Positions 18,776-28,028 of a stretch of DNA of 64,000 bases are shown here, piece by piece (the first letter of the stretch is position 1; each line of letters starts with the position of its first letter). The notes beneath the pieces were generated by a model that worked only from the letters and a program-made list of their open reading frames with translations, did not search any database and was not told the origin of the DNA. Both the position numbers and the translations under genes were made by a program. Where the stretch lies: NCBI GenBank assembly GCA_041658985.1, contig JBAZZC010000003.1, positions 10,540 to 74,539 of the forward strand. Direction: 5' to 3'. This DNA is from Minisyncoccota bacterium. GTDB lineage: Bacteria > Patescibacteriota > Minisyncoccia > Phycocordibacterales > DATDWN01.

Positions 18776-18802
18776 TATAAAAAAAAGAGTAACACAAAGA
18801 TA

Positions 18803-19258
18803 TTAGAATCCAAAGTAAAGCAATAGTTTTTCGAGTAACGGCTCAGCGTGTTCCTCTTCTAGCAGATGTTGTGAGAGGGCCTCACGAATCTGCTCTGGTT
18901 CAACGTCTTCTATAAGAATCATCACGAAAGGCATAAGTACCTTTTTAGATTTTAGTAATATCCTAGGGTAAGAATCACGAGTCTCAATCCAAAACGACTC
19001 AAGTTCTTTATATGGATAATTATTTTTTCCTACAGCAATCCCAGCCTCGCCGATGTCTATAGTGATTATTTCTGGTTTTTTTGAAGCAAAAAGAGAGAGA
19101 GTAAAAGAAGAAACAATTATAAGAATGGCAAAAATCAAGTTGTTTAATATTATTGAAATTAAGGCGATTGATACAGTAACAATACCAACGGTCCAGTACC
19201 AGTCGGGGGTTTTTTCTTTGTGTAAGTATTCAATCGTTTCCCAGGATAAATTTTGCAT
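18803..19258 (-). CDS. Hypothetical 2-TM protein with PH-like C-terminus (DUF5673-like)
   Basis: W...EY...EKT.DWYW, two TMs, Y.Y..L.SFW; start moved to MQNL because the ORF-track start overlaps tRNA-Ser. Confidence 0.75.
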   Translation of the reverse strand: MQNLSWETIEYLHKEKTPDWYWTVGIVTVSIALISIILNNLIFAILIIVSSFTLSLFASKKPEIITIDIGEAGIAVGKNNYPYKELESFWIETRDSYPRILLKSKKVLMPFVMILIEDVEPEQIREALSQHLLEEEHAEPLLEKLLLYFGF

Positions 19259-19281
19259 ATAATTAAGTATAACAAATTTTG

Positions 19282-19366
19282 CGGAAGCGGTGAGATTCGA
19301 ACTCACGGTACCTTGCGGCACTTCGGTTTTCAAGACCGATGCACTAAGCCTCTATGCGACGCTTCC
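19282..19366 (-). tRNA. tRNA-Ser(UGA)
   Basis: TCGGT-CTTGAAA-ACCGA anticodon arm, long variable arm, G discriminator. Confidence 0.92.
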
Positions 19367-19462
19367 GTGCTTGGAATAATGACATATTTTATGGATATTT
19401 TCAAATAAAACAAAAACCACCCAGAAGAAACAGGATGGTTTTTGTCTTTTTGTTTTGTTAAA

Positions 19463-19717
19463 TTATGCTTGGTGTTCTGTCTCTACTGTATATTTTTTTG
19501 CCACAAAATATATGTAGATTATTTCCAAGATACCCAGGGTGTTAACTACAAGCAAAATAATAAACCACCACTTGCTTGATAATCGTGCAGCTTTCCACAA
19601 GGCCCAGCCTTTCCAAGCTAGTGACCAAACGATTAATAATGCTACAACCCAAGGTGCAACTTTTAGAAAAGGCAACATTTCAGGTTGTGTTAGAAAACTT
19701 GTTATTGTTGTTTCCAT
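19463..19717 (-). CDS. Small membrane protein (DUF5652-like)
   Basis: WSL.WKG.ALWKAAR..KWWF..LL.VNT.GILEIIYI; ATG lies in the family-2 TIR. Confidence 0.8.
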   Translation of the reverse strand: METTITSFLTQPEMLPFLKVAPWVVALLIVWSLAWKGWALWKAARLSSKWWFIILLVVNTLGILEIIYIYFVAKKYTVETEHQA

Positions 19718-19823
19718 CCCATTAGAAGTAGGGCTCAGCAAACTTTGTTGTTGTGATACCTACTCAAATTAATTTATAAAGATTTATTGCTATCTACAAT
19801 TTCCCGTTAACTTCTAACGGGAT
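19716..19823 (-). mobile_element. Family-2 TIR element (108 bp)
   Basis: ATCCCATTAGAAGT / ACTTCTAACGGGAT (1 mismatch) plus local TCCCGTTA/TAACGGGA hairpin. Confidence 0.72.
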
Positions 19824-19893
19824 AAATAATCATTAATTATATCAAAAATATATTTTCCTAGCTACTAAACGCTAGCTACTATATACTATTCTT

Positions 19894-20277
19894 ATGAAAT
19901 ATCTTGGTATTGATTATGGTTCAAAACGAATTGGCCTGGCGGTTTCTGATGAGGCTGGTAGTTTTGCTTTTCCCTTGAAAGTTTTAAGTAATTCAGAAAA
20001 TCTAATTAAAGAATTGGTTGAAATATGTAGGGAAAACAATGTGGAAGGGGTTGTGGTGGGGGAGTCAAAAGATTATCTTCAAAAAGACAATGAGATTATG
20101 GATGAAATTTTGCCATTTGTTGAGGATTTAAAAAATGTACTTAACCTGCCAATATATATGCACCCAGAATTTTTGACTTCCCAGGAGGCCGAGAGATTGC
20201 AGGGTAAAAACGATATGCATGATGCTAGTGCAGCGGCTCTTATTTTAAAAAGTTATTTGGATTCATCCGCACACTAA
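19894..20277 (+). CDS. ruvX: YqgF/RuvX nuclease (pre-16S rRNA processing)
   Basis: LGIDYGSKRIGLAVSD, E.LTS.EA, DA.AAALIL.SYL. Confidence 0.93.
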   Translation: MKYLGIDYGSKRIGLAVSDEAGSFAFPLKVLSNSENLIKELVEICRENNVEGVVVGESKDYLQKDNEIMDEILPFVEDLKNVLNLPIYMHPEFLTSQEAERLQGKNDMHDASAAALILKSYLDSSAH

Positions 20278-20395
20278 GTTTAGCATCGTTGCCATTTTTT
20301 GTGGTTTGGCTAACGTTCAATTTTTTGTAATATCCCGTGTATTATAGTTGTATGTGTTGTGGCAACAAAAATAATGCTAAACTTAGTGTGCGGAT
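20265..20395. mobile_element. Family-1 TIR element, copy 5 (131 bp); overlaps ruvX stop
   Basis: Perfect TIR ATCCGCACACTAAGTTTAGCAT (20265-20286 / 20374-20395); inner GTTGCCA-TTTTT / TGGCAAC-AAAAAT. Confidence 0.87.
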
Positions 20396-20419
20396 AAAAA
20401 AATAATAAAAATTAATTTT

Positions 20420-20776
20420 ATGGCAGTTTCAATTGATGATTTTAAAAAACTAGAAATAAAAGTTGGCCAGATTCTTAGCGTGGAAAAAATTGAAAACACA
20501 GACAAACTCTTAAAGTTGTCTGTCGATTTTAACGAAGGAACTTTTCGTCAAATAATTTCAGGGATTTCGTCATATTTTTCTGACCCACAGGTTTTGGTGG
20601 GGAAAAAGTGTGCTTTTGCAACCAATCTAGAGCCTAGAGTTATAATGGGTCTTGAAAGTCAGGGTATGATTTTGGCGGTAAGTGGGCTGAAACAGTCAAA
20701 AGATGATTTAGAAGATAGTTTTTTCTCTCTTTTAGAGGTGGAGAAAGATGTTCCGGCAGGAAGTGCTGTTAAGTGA
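20420..20776 (+). CDS. Stand-alone tRNA-binding OB-fold protein (MetRS C-terminal / Trbp111 / CsaA-like)
   Basis: IDDF.KLEIKVG.I, DKLLKL.VD, RQIISGI, NL.PR..MGLESQGMIL. Confidence 0.9.
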   Translation: MAVSIDDFKKLEIKVGQILSVEKIENTDKLLKLSVDFNEGTFRQIISGISSYFSDPQVLVGKKCAFATNLEPRVIMGLESQGMILAVSGLKQSKDDLEDSFFSLLEVEKDVPAGSAVK

Positions 20777-20806
20777 TTGTTAAAAAACACACCAGAATGA
20801 TATAAT

Positions 20807-21796
20807 TTGACAATGAATCTCAAGAGGATATCTAATATTTTTCCTTCTCCTAGGTTTTTAAGTCTTCCTTTTGCAGGTTTGTCTATTTCCGATTCAGCCA
20901 TTCATTGTGTCCAGTTTAGTGGAGGAAAAAAACCATTACATATTGAAAAATATACGGAAAGGGCTCTTCCTGCGGATGTTATTGTTTCTGGACAAATAAA
21001 TGACAAGGAGGCCTTGGTAGATATTTTGAAAGTTTTAAAAAAAGACCTAAAACTTGGTCGGGTAAAGGTATCCTTACCAGAAGAAAAAGCCTATTTATTT
21101 ACAGCCAAGATTCCAAGGGTGACTCAAGAAGAAATAAGAAGTGCCATAGAATCTAAAATGGAAGAAAATGTTCCAGTTTCTCCAAATGAACTAACTTTTG
21201 ATTACAAAATAATTGACCGTAGTCAGAAGGAATATCTTATTGTGTCTGTTTCTACATTACCAATAACACTTGTTGATTTGTATGTGGAGATTTTCGAAAA
21301 GGCAGAATTGCCACTTCTTTCTTTAGAGATAGAATCACAGGCAATTGCTAGGTCTTTATTGCGGAGAGAAAATCCAGAAAATTTAGACACAGTTCTTATT
21401 GTCAATTTTGGGCCAGAAAAAGTTGGTTTGTATGTGGTGGTGGACAGGGTTGTACATTTTACGTCTACGGTTTCCATTAAAGGAGAATCCTCAAAAGCTT
21501 TGGATTTTCTGTCGCAAGAGATAAAAAGACTTTATGTATATTGGCACACCTTAAAACAAAATGCTGGTAGGCCAGAGAAAAAAATAAATCAGATTATTGT
21601 TTGTGGTGAGGGTTTCAAAGATGAAATTGTTTCTTACTTATCTACAAGCAGTCAAACCCCCACTGTCTTGGGAAATGTTTGGACAAACGCATTTGATGTA
21701 AACACTGAAGTTCCAGAAATTCTATTTACTGATTCTTTGCGATATGCCACTTCGGTTGGACTAGCTCTTCCATCTAGTATCTTAATACAAGAATAA
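20807..21796 (+). CDS. pilM: Type IV pilus assembly protein PilM
   Basis: Actin-like fold pattern GLSIS, LEIESQAIAR, I.QIIVCG, SVGLAL; followed by pilN/pilO-like genes. Confidence 0.82.
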   Translation: MTMNLKRISNIFPSPRFLSLPFAGLSISDSAIHCVQFSGGKKPLHIEKYTERALPADVIVSGQINDKEALVDILKVLKKDLKLGRVKVSLPEEKAYLFTAKIPRVTQEEIRSAIESKMEENVPVSPNELTFDYKIIDRSQKEYLIVSVSTLPITLVDLYVEIFEKAELPLLSLEIESQAIARSLLRRENPENLDTVLIVNFGPEKVGLYVVVDRVVHFTSTVSIKGESSKALDFLSQEIKRLYVYWHTLKQNAGRPEKKINQIIVCGEGFKDEIVSYLSTSSQTPTVLGNVWTNAFDVNTEVPEILFTDSLRYATSVGLALPSSILIQE

Positions 21797-21804
21797 AAAT
21801 CGAA

Positions 21805-22356
21805 ATGTTTAATTCACTTCCATACGAGTTAAAAGAAAAAATAAGGTCTGAATATCACCTTCGTCTACTTATTGTCGTATTTGTTTCTATTATTTGTATT
21901 CAGATATTCTTTTTAATTATTCTACTTCCATCATGGTTTATTTCTCTAAACAAAGAAAAAGAAATTATTTTACAAACAAAAAAAACCGACAGTTTATCAT
22001 TGGACTCAGAGATTAGCATGATTAATTCTAAAATTAAATCTGTAAATGCAAGATTAAATATAATTAATTCAACCCTTGAGTATCCAAAAGCTACATTTTT
22101 TATTGATAGTATTCTTTCAAAAAAAACCGATAATATTTATATAAAGGAATTGATGTATACCTCTTTAAGTAACAACACAGGTAAAATTGTTCTTGCTGGT
22201 ATATCAAAGACAAGAGAATCTCTCGTTTCTTTCGTTAAGGAACTTGAGGGGTTAAAACTTTTTGAAAATGTTGATTTACCGATATCAAATTTTACGAAAG
22301 ACAAGGACATTAATTTTTCTATAAACATGACAATAGCATCACAACATGTACAGTAA
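21805..22356 (+). CDS. pilN: PilN-like protein
   Basis: N.LP start, single TM, L.G.S.TRESL..F...L.....F..V. Confidence 0.7.
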   Translation: MFNSLPYELKEKIRSEYHLRLLIVVFVSIICIQIFFLIILLPSWFISLNKEKEIILQTKKTDSLSLDSEISMINSKIKSVNARLNIINSTLEYPKATFFIDSILSKKTDNIYIKELMYTSLSNNTGKIVLAGISKTRESLVSFVKELEGLKLFENVDLPISNFTKDKDINFSINMTIASQHVQ

Positions 22357-22915
22357 TAAATTATTAAAAATAATACTTGCAATACTTAGCTTATTAGTCG
22401 TAGTTGTTTTTTTGATATGTTATTTTGTCTATGAAGATATCAGACATAAAAACGAAAATTATCATACTCTTTTATACAACCTATCCTTTCGAAATGATAA
22501 ACAAAATTATTTGACTTACGCACAAAAAACAATAGGTAGTTTGAGTTTAGATATTAATCGTATGGACGACTCAATTATTTCTAAAAAGGGAGAGGTGGAA
22601 TTTATTGAAAACCTTGAATCAGTTGCTCGGGGAAGTGGTCTCTCTATAGAGATAAATTCTCTTATTCTCAATAATAATTCAAATCTTGCTTCAAGTTCAA
22701 TAGATATTCTTAAAATCAAAGCAAAGACTAAGGGCTCTTGGTCAGCCAGTTATACTTTTTTGACACGATTAGAGCTGTTGCCTTTTAAGTTGAGAGTTAA
22801 CAAATTTGGTCTTGTCAGTATTGATAAAGAAGTTACTTCTACTGAAATTAGAATGGCTGTGTCTAGTGGCATTTGGCAAAGCGAGTTTGAAATTGATGTT
22901 CTAAAGTACAAATAA
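22346..22915 (+). CDS. pilO: PilO-like protein
   Basis: Single TM, F...LE..A...GL, G.W.....FL..LE.LP. Confidence 0.65.
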   Translation: MYSNKLLKIILAILSLLVVVVFLICYFVYEDIRHKNENYHTLLYNLSFRNDKQNYLTYAQKTIGSLSLDINRMDDSIISKKGEVEFIENLESVARGSGLSIEINSLILNNNSNLASSSIDILKIKAKTKGSWSASYTFLTRLELLPFKLRVNKFGLVSIDKEVTSTEIRMAVSSGIWQSEFEIDVLKYK

Positions 22916-22916
22916 A

Positions 22917-23252
22917 ATGAAAAATTTACTCCAAAAAATTAAATTCTTTTATACTAAGATAATAAAGAAAGAAGAAATATATAAGAGACGAGCAATAAGA
23001 CCTGCGCAAGACTGGTCTATTATTCTGATTATAAATATTGTTATTTTTTGTATATTACTTATTTTTGCTTCCTATTTTTATATACAAATTAGAAGAGATA
23101 AGTTGTTTGCTATAACCGAAGCGAACATAATAAATGAGACGAAAATAAATTCAGTGCTTCTAAAGAAAACAATAAACGATATTAATCTTCGTGAGGAATT
23201 AACCAACAACCTTAAAAATAGTGGAATAAGGTTTCCTGACCCATCTATGTAA
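22917..23252 (+). CDS. Hypothetical single-TM protein of the pil operon
   Basis: Tightly packed after pilO; one TM. Confidence 0.65.
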   Translation: MKNLLQKIKFFYTKIIKKEEIYKRRAIRPAQDWSIILIINIVIFCILLIFASYFYIQIRRDKLFAITEANIINETKINSVLLKKTINDINLREELTNNLKNSGIRFPDPSM

Positions 23253-23258
23253 ACTTAT

Positions 23259-23400
23259 GTGGTCAGGAATATTTTTGTTTCCGTCAAAACAAAAATTTCA
23301 CGACCCTGACTCGGCTGTTTTTTCTACTGAAAAAACATGCCTTCGTCTAGCACATAACAACAAAAATCTCCAGCAGTGGAGATTTTTGTTGTTATGTGCT
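23259..23400. repeat. tRNA-associated structured repeat, copy 3
   Basis: Homolog of 18566-18707 with compensatory changes in stems. Confidence 0.88.
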
Positions 23401-23468
23401 CTCGGTTGGAATCGAACCAACATCAAAGCCTTAGAAGAGCTCTACTCTATCCATTGAGCTACGAGAGC
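23397..23468 (-). tRNA. tRNA-Arg(UCU)
   Basis: GCTCTCG/CGAGAGC acceptor, loop CTTCTAA. Confidence 0.9.
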
Positions 23469-23550
23469 GATAACGATAGGTTATCATAGAAAATCATTTA
23501 ATTCCACAAAATATGTGTTATTATTTTCTCTATAACACTCAAATAAATCT

Positions 23551-24345
23551 ATGAAAATTATTAATCCAGAAAAAGAATTTATTATTGTTAGGCACAGTAT
23601 GTTGAATGGGGTAGGTTATTCTTTTAAAAATGCAATTCAAGAATCATTAACTTTACAAAGTTATATAGGTGATAAAAAAATTGTTGTCTGTTTTGAGGGG
23701 GATTTACATCAAATACAAGAAAACGGTGAGATTGTCTTTACTCACAGAAACACTATTAAAGTTGATATTGAGACATCACTACGGTTTAGAGAAATGGGGA
23801 TTATTTCATCTCTTGATGAGGTTGTGGAAGCGGTTTTGTCTTTTAAAAAAGAGTCGCCTGGCACACGTCTGATTTTTTGTATTGAATTAAAACAAATCAC
23901 ATGGTTTTCAACAATTAAAAAAACAATGCTTAAACTAAAAGAAAACAATATTACAGAAGTATATTTTGATTCATTTAATGGAAATAAATTAGATGAAGTT
24001 TCAGAAATAAACAAACAAATAGGAACAAATTTTGAAAGGAGTTTTCATGTAATAGGAAATATTTCAAAAATTATATTATCTCTTAAAAAACCAAGATACG
24101 GATATGATGTATTAACGGTTCCTTTGGCTACATCTTTTGGAAAACTAAATAAACCGTTAATTAATGGTGCTGTAAACTCACACCACATACTTAATAGGAT
24201 TGCAAAGTTAGACAATGTTTTTGGGGCTTATGTCAGGTTCCGAGAAGGGAACCCATTATTTTTATTGTTTAATTCTGTGCGTAACACAAAATGGTTTAGA
24301 GGAAAGCATGTTATGAGGTCACATCAGATTGTTGAAAAAAAATAA
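23551..24345 (+). CDS. Hypothetical protein, divergent GDPD/PLC-like phosphodiesterase fold
   Basis: Order of RH, E.D, G.IV..H, SLDEV, IELK, FDSF matches the GDPD motif layout. Confidence 0.5.
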   Translation: MKIINPEKEFIIVRHSMLNGVGYSFKNAIQESLTLQSYIGDKKIVVCFEGDLHQIQENGEIVFTHRNTIKVDIETSLRFREMGIISSLDEVVEAVLSFKKESPGTRLIFCIELKQITWFSTIKKTMLKLKENNITEVYFDSFNGNKLDEVSEINKQIGTNFERSFHVIGNISKIILSLKKPRYGYDVLTVPLATSFGKLNKPLINGAVNSHHILNRIAKLDNVFGAYVRFREGNPLFLLFNSVRNTKWFRGKHVMRSHQIVEKK

Positions 24346-24348
24346 TTG

Positions 24349-24421
24349 TGCGGGATGGAGGGCTCGAACCCCCGACATCGTCAGTGTAAATGACGCGCTC
24401 TACCAACTGAGCTAATCCCGC
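24349..24421 (-). tRNA. tRNA-Val(UAC)
   Basis: CGTCA-TTTACAC-TGACG anticodon arm. Confidence 0.93.
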
Positions 24422-24501
24422 ATGTGTTATTTATACAGGAAAAAGTGAGCTATTTCAAGTTTTACTAGAAAAATTATTAATAATAAGATATCATTGGAAA
24501 A

Positions 24502-25197
24502 ATGAGTAATGAACTAAAAATTCCAAATTGTGTTGGTATTATTATGGACGGTAACCGTCGCTGGGCGGAATCAAAGGGCAAGCCTAGGATAGAGGGACAT
24601 CGTTCCGGAGGGGAAAAGTTAAAAGAAGTGACTAAATGGGTAAAAGAAGCTGGTATAAACCACCTTGTTTTGTATACATTTTCTAATGAGAATTGGAATC
24701 GCTCACCCGAGGAGGTTTCTTACATGCGTGATTTAATGGGGAAATATCTTACTGAAGAATTGAGTCATTTTAATAAAGAGGGGGGTATTTTGCGTTGTAT
24801 CGGAGACCTCTCTCGTTTTCCGGCAGACCTGCAAGAAAAATTAAAACATGTGGAAAAAGAAACAGCGGGTAATCCTGGTCCTCACATATATCTAGCTTTG
24901 AGTTATGGTGGCCGACAAGAAATCATTCATGCAGTAAAAGAAATAGTAAAGGAAAATCCAAAGGTAGAGGATGTGACCGAAGAATATTTTGCAAAACATT
25001 TACAAACTTATCCTATGCCTGACCCGGATATTATTATTCGTACTTCGGGAGAAATGCGTTTGTCCGGATTTTTGCCGTGGCAAGGGGTTTACAGTGAATT
25101 ATTTTTTGTAAAAACTCTTTGGCCTGATTTTTCCAAGGAAGAATTTGTAAAAATTATTGAAGAATATGGTAATCGTGACCGGAGGATTGGAAAATAG
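24502..25197 (+). CDS. uppS: Undecaprenyl diphosphate synthase
   Basis: IIMDGNRRWA, FS.ENWNR...EV, IIRTSGEMRLSGFL.WQ. Confidence 0.97.
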   Translation: MSNELKIPNCVGIIMDGNRRWAESKGKPRIEGHRSGGEKLKEVTKWVKEAGINHLVLYTFSNENWNRSPEEVSYMRDLMGKYLTEELSHFNKEGGILRCIGDLSRFPADLQEKLKHVEKETAGNPGPHIYLALSYGGRQEIIHAVKEIVKENPKVEDVTEEYFAKHLQTYPMPDPDIIIRTSGEMRLSGFLPWQGVYSELFFVKTLWPDFSKEEFVKIIEEYGNRDRRIGK

Positions 25198-25205
25198 TAT
25201 TTAGA

Positions 25206-25928
25206 ATGGAAATAGAAATTTTATATGAGGATGAAAATGTTGTGGCAGTGAATAAACAGGCGGGTCTTATTGTGCATGGAGACGGGAAGACTGACGGGCT
25301 GACTCTGGTAAATTGGGTTTTGAAAAAATATCCTAAAATAAAAGAAGTTGGTGAACCCGGAAGAAATGCAAAAGGGGAAATAATTTTTCGTCCGGGTATT
25401 GTTCATCGATTGGACCGAGAGACCTCAGGGGTTATGCTAATTGCAAAAAATCAAGAATCTTTCGAAAATCTAAAAAAACAATTTCAAAATCACGAAATTA
25501 ATAAAATTTATCATGCTTTTGTTGTGGGGGAGATGAAAACTATGCAGGGAAAAATTGAAAGACCCATTGGCCGAAGTTCAAAAGATTTTAGGATGTGGTC
25601 TGCCCAAAGAGGAGCAAGGGGAGAAATGAGAGAGGCAATTACTGATTATCGAGTGATATCTAAAACGTTAGGATATTCATTTGTAGAGGTTTCTCCAAAG
25701 ACCGGCAGGACCCATCAAATAAGGGTGCATTTTAAGGCGATCAGCTATCCTTTGGTTTGTGACTCCCTATATGCTCCAAAAGGCCAAAATACTCTTGGTT
25801 TTAATCGCTTAGCCCTACATGCGTACCAAGTTACTTTTACAGACTTAAAGGGAAAGTTACATACAATAACAGCACCATACCCAGATGATTTTAAAAAAGC
25901 CTTACTTTTATTGCAAAGCCCGAAGTAG
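25206..25928 (+). CDS. RluA/RluD family pseudouridine synthase
   Basis: GIVHRLDRETSG, TGRTHQIRVH, LHA. Confidence 0.95.
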   Translation: MEIEILYEDENVVAVNKQAGLIVHGDGKTDGLTLVNWVLKKYPKIKEVGEPGRNAKGEIIFRPGIVHRLDRETSGVMLIAKNQESFENLKKQFQNHEINKIYHAFVVGEMKTMQGKIERPIGRSSKDFRMWSAQRGARGEMREAITDYRVISKTLGYSFVEVSPKTGRTHQIRVHFKAISYPLVCDSLYAPKGQNTLGFNRLALHAYQVTFTDLKGKLHTITAPYPDDFKKALLLLQSPK

Positions 25929-25963
25929 TGTGTTAGTCTGTTATTCGTTATCATAAAAAACAA

Positions 25964-26410
25964 ATGACGCCACCAAAACCCAAAGAAACGATAGAGAAAA
26001 TAGTCTTAGCGCCGGTTAAGGCCGAAGATCGACAAAAGCTGGATATCCGTTCGGGCGATACTGTTCGTGTGTGGCAAAAGATTATTGAAAAGGGAAAAAT
26101 CAGATTGCAGGCATTTGAAGGTTTAGTTATAGCTGTTAAGCATGGTAAAGAGGATGGCGCAACATTTACAGTAAGACGGGTAGCATCGGGAGTTGGGGTT
26201 GAGAAAATTTTTCCTCTATATTCTCCAATGATTGATTCTGTTGAAACACTCAAACGTTCAAAAGTAAGACGAGCGAAACTTTATCATATTCGCGAAAAGG
26301 CGGCCAAAGAAATTCGTCGACAAATGAGAAACATTCGTGCTCTACCAGACAATACTCCAAGTGCGGACGAAGTTGTTGAGGAAGTAGTGGCAGAAACTCC
26401 AATCGAATAG
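25964..26410 (+). CDS. rplS: 50S ribosomal protein L19
   Basis: [34 protein letters not shown]. Confidence 0.97.
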   Translation: MTPPKPKETIEKIVLAPVKAEDRQKLDIRSGDTVRVWQKIIEKGKIRLQAFEGLVIAVKHGKEDGATFTVRRVASGVGVEKIFPLYSPMIDSVETLKRSKVRRAKLYHIREKAAKEIRRQMRNIRALPDNTPSADEVVEEVVAETPIE

Positions 26411-26516
26411 AAAATAAAAAGCATCCGAAAAATAATATCTTTTGAATAGTTATGTTTTATAAAATATTTTTATAGGTCAGTCGGTACTGGTTTATATTTA
26501 ATAGGTCTATTTTTCT

Positions 26517-26540
26517 TATCATACGATATATCGTATGATA
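26517..26540. promoter_or_regulatory. 24-bp perfect palindrome upstream of TrpR-like gene
   Basis: TATCATACGATATATCGTATGATA. Confidence 0.8.
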
Positions 26541-26548
26541 TAAATACT

Positions 26549-26935
26549 ATGCCTCACATATCAAAACAATTTTTAGAAAAGAAGAAGTTTCAAGATATCC
26601 ATAGCCAGTTATTTAAAGTTATTAATATGCTTGTGAGAGAAGGAAAGACAACGGCGATTTTAAATGAACTTTTTACAAAGACAGAAAAATTAATGCTTGC
26701 AAAAAGACTAGCTATTATATTTATGTTGGATCAAAAAGAATCATCTTATGCCATATCAAATATTCTTAAGGTAAGCCAATCAACTGTTGCACTAATGTCA
26801 CTTAAACAAGAAAATGGGAAATATTCGGATATAATAAAAGAAATGAGGAAGCAAAATAATTTTTGGATACAACTTCAGAAAATTATTCCACCACGTGTTG
26901 GCAGAAATCGTTTTAAGAATTTTCTTCAGTTCTAA
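26549..26935 (+). CDS. TrpR/YerC/YecD-like helix-turn-helix protein
   Basis: L.ELFT.TE..MLAKRLAI..ML.....S..IS..LKVS.STV. Confidence 0.8.
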   Translation: MPHISKQFLEKKKFQDIHSQLFKVINMLVREGKTTAILNELFTKTEKLMLAKRLAIIFMLDQKESSYAISNILKVSQSTVALMSLKQENGKYSDIIKEMRKQNNFWIQLQKIIPPRVGRNRFKNFLQF

Positions 26936-26962
26936 TATCATACGATATATCGTATGATATTA
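26933..26962. promoter_or_regulatory. 30-bp perfect palindrome at the TrpR-like gene stop
   Basis: TAATATCATACGATATATCGTATGATATTA. Confidence 0.8.
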
Positions 26963-27073
26963 TATGTATAAAGGAATAAACGACATGTCTATATTAAAGA
27001 GAAAAAAGTTGAAAATCAATGAATCTTTAAGTACTATTGGAATATCTCGGGTTTGAGAGTGTCGTCATTTAAA

Positions 27074-27158
27074 GCGCGAGTGGTGAAATTGGCATACACG
27101 CTAGCATGAGGTGCTAGTGCCGTAAGGCGTGGAGGTTCAAGTCCTCTCTCGCGCACCA
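27074..27158 (+). tRNA. tRNA-Leu(GAG)
   Basis: CTAGC-ATGAGGT-GCTAG arm, long variable arm, encoded CCA. Confidence 0.92.
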
Positions 27159-27220
27159 ACAGAGATGTTGCTTTTTGTCTCCAGTGCTACAATATAAACA
27201 TTACAATTTAACCTAAAACC

Positions 27221-27976
27221 ATGTACTACGCACTCGGAATTATAATTGTTTTGCTTTTACTTTCTCTTCGTGTAGTCAAAGAGTATGAACGAGGGGTGAT
27301 TTTCTTTCTTGGTAAATGCACCGGAATTCGTGGGCCAGGACTCATCATTCTTATTCCAATTTTGGAAATGATGACACGGGTACAACTCCGAACCATCACC
27401 ATGGCTATTCCATCTCAAAAAATTATTTCGAAAGATAACGTTTCTATTGATATTGCGGCGGTGGCTTATTATCATGTTGTTGACCCAATCAAAGCGACAG
27501 TCGCCATTGAAAATGTTTACGATGCTGTAAACCAGATAAGTCAAACAACTGTTAGAAATGTTGTTGGGCAGTTCCAGCTTGACCAACTTTTATCACAGAC
27601 AAGTCAAATCAATATGCAGATAAAAAATGTTATTGATGAACACACCGAGCCTTGGGGTGTACAGGTTACAGCCGTGGAAATAAAAGATATTGTTTTACCT
27701 GATAACATGCAGAGAGCTATGGCAAAGGAAGCGGAAGCGGAGCGAGAAAGAAGAGCAAAAATCGTAGCAGCCCAGGGTGAGTTTCAAGCAGCGGTTAAAC
27801 TTGGTGAGGCTGCAGATATTATGTCTATGCATCCAGTGGCACTTCAACTGCGTACACTTCAAACAATGGCTGAAATAAGTGTAGAGAAAAATTCAACAAT
27901 TATTTTTCCCGCACAATTTATGACAACAGTCAGTGAGGCTATATCAATGATAAAGGCAGATAGTAAAAATAAATAA
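27221..27976 (+). CDS. SPFH/stomatin-like (slipin) protein
   Basis: EYERGVIF.LG, DNVS, QTT.RNVVG, WGV.V..VEIKD, AEAERERRAK. Confidence 0.95.
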   Translation: MYYALGIIIVLLLLSLRVVKEYERGVIFFLGKCTGIRGPGLIILIPILEMMTRVQLRTITMAIPSQKIISKDNVSIDIAAVAYYHVVDPIKATVAIENVYDAVNQISQTTVRNVVGQFQLDQLLSQTSQINMQIKNVIDEHTEPWGVQVTAVEIKDIVLPDNMQRAMAKEAEAERERRAKIVAAQGEFQAAVKLGEAADIMSMHPVALQLRTLQTMAEISVEKNSTIIFPAQFMTTVSEAISMIKADSKNK

Positions 27977-28028
27977 TCAACAAGGTATACTACTCTTGTA
28001 AGGAGACAACGGATAAATAATAAAAATC

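Noticed and set aside
10126-23457. ORFs 10126-10323, 10543-10734, 18543-18806 and 23257-23457 sharing FHDP / NLQQWRF peptides
   Set aside because: They are translations of the tRNA-associated repeat, and three overlap tRNA genes; not a protein family.
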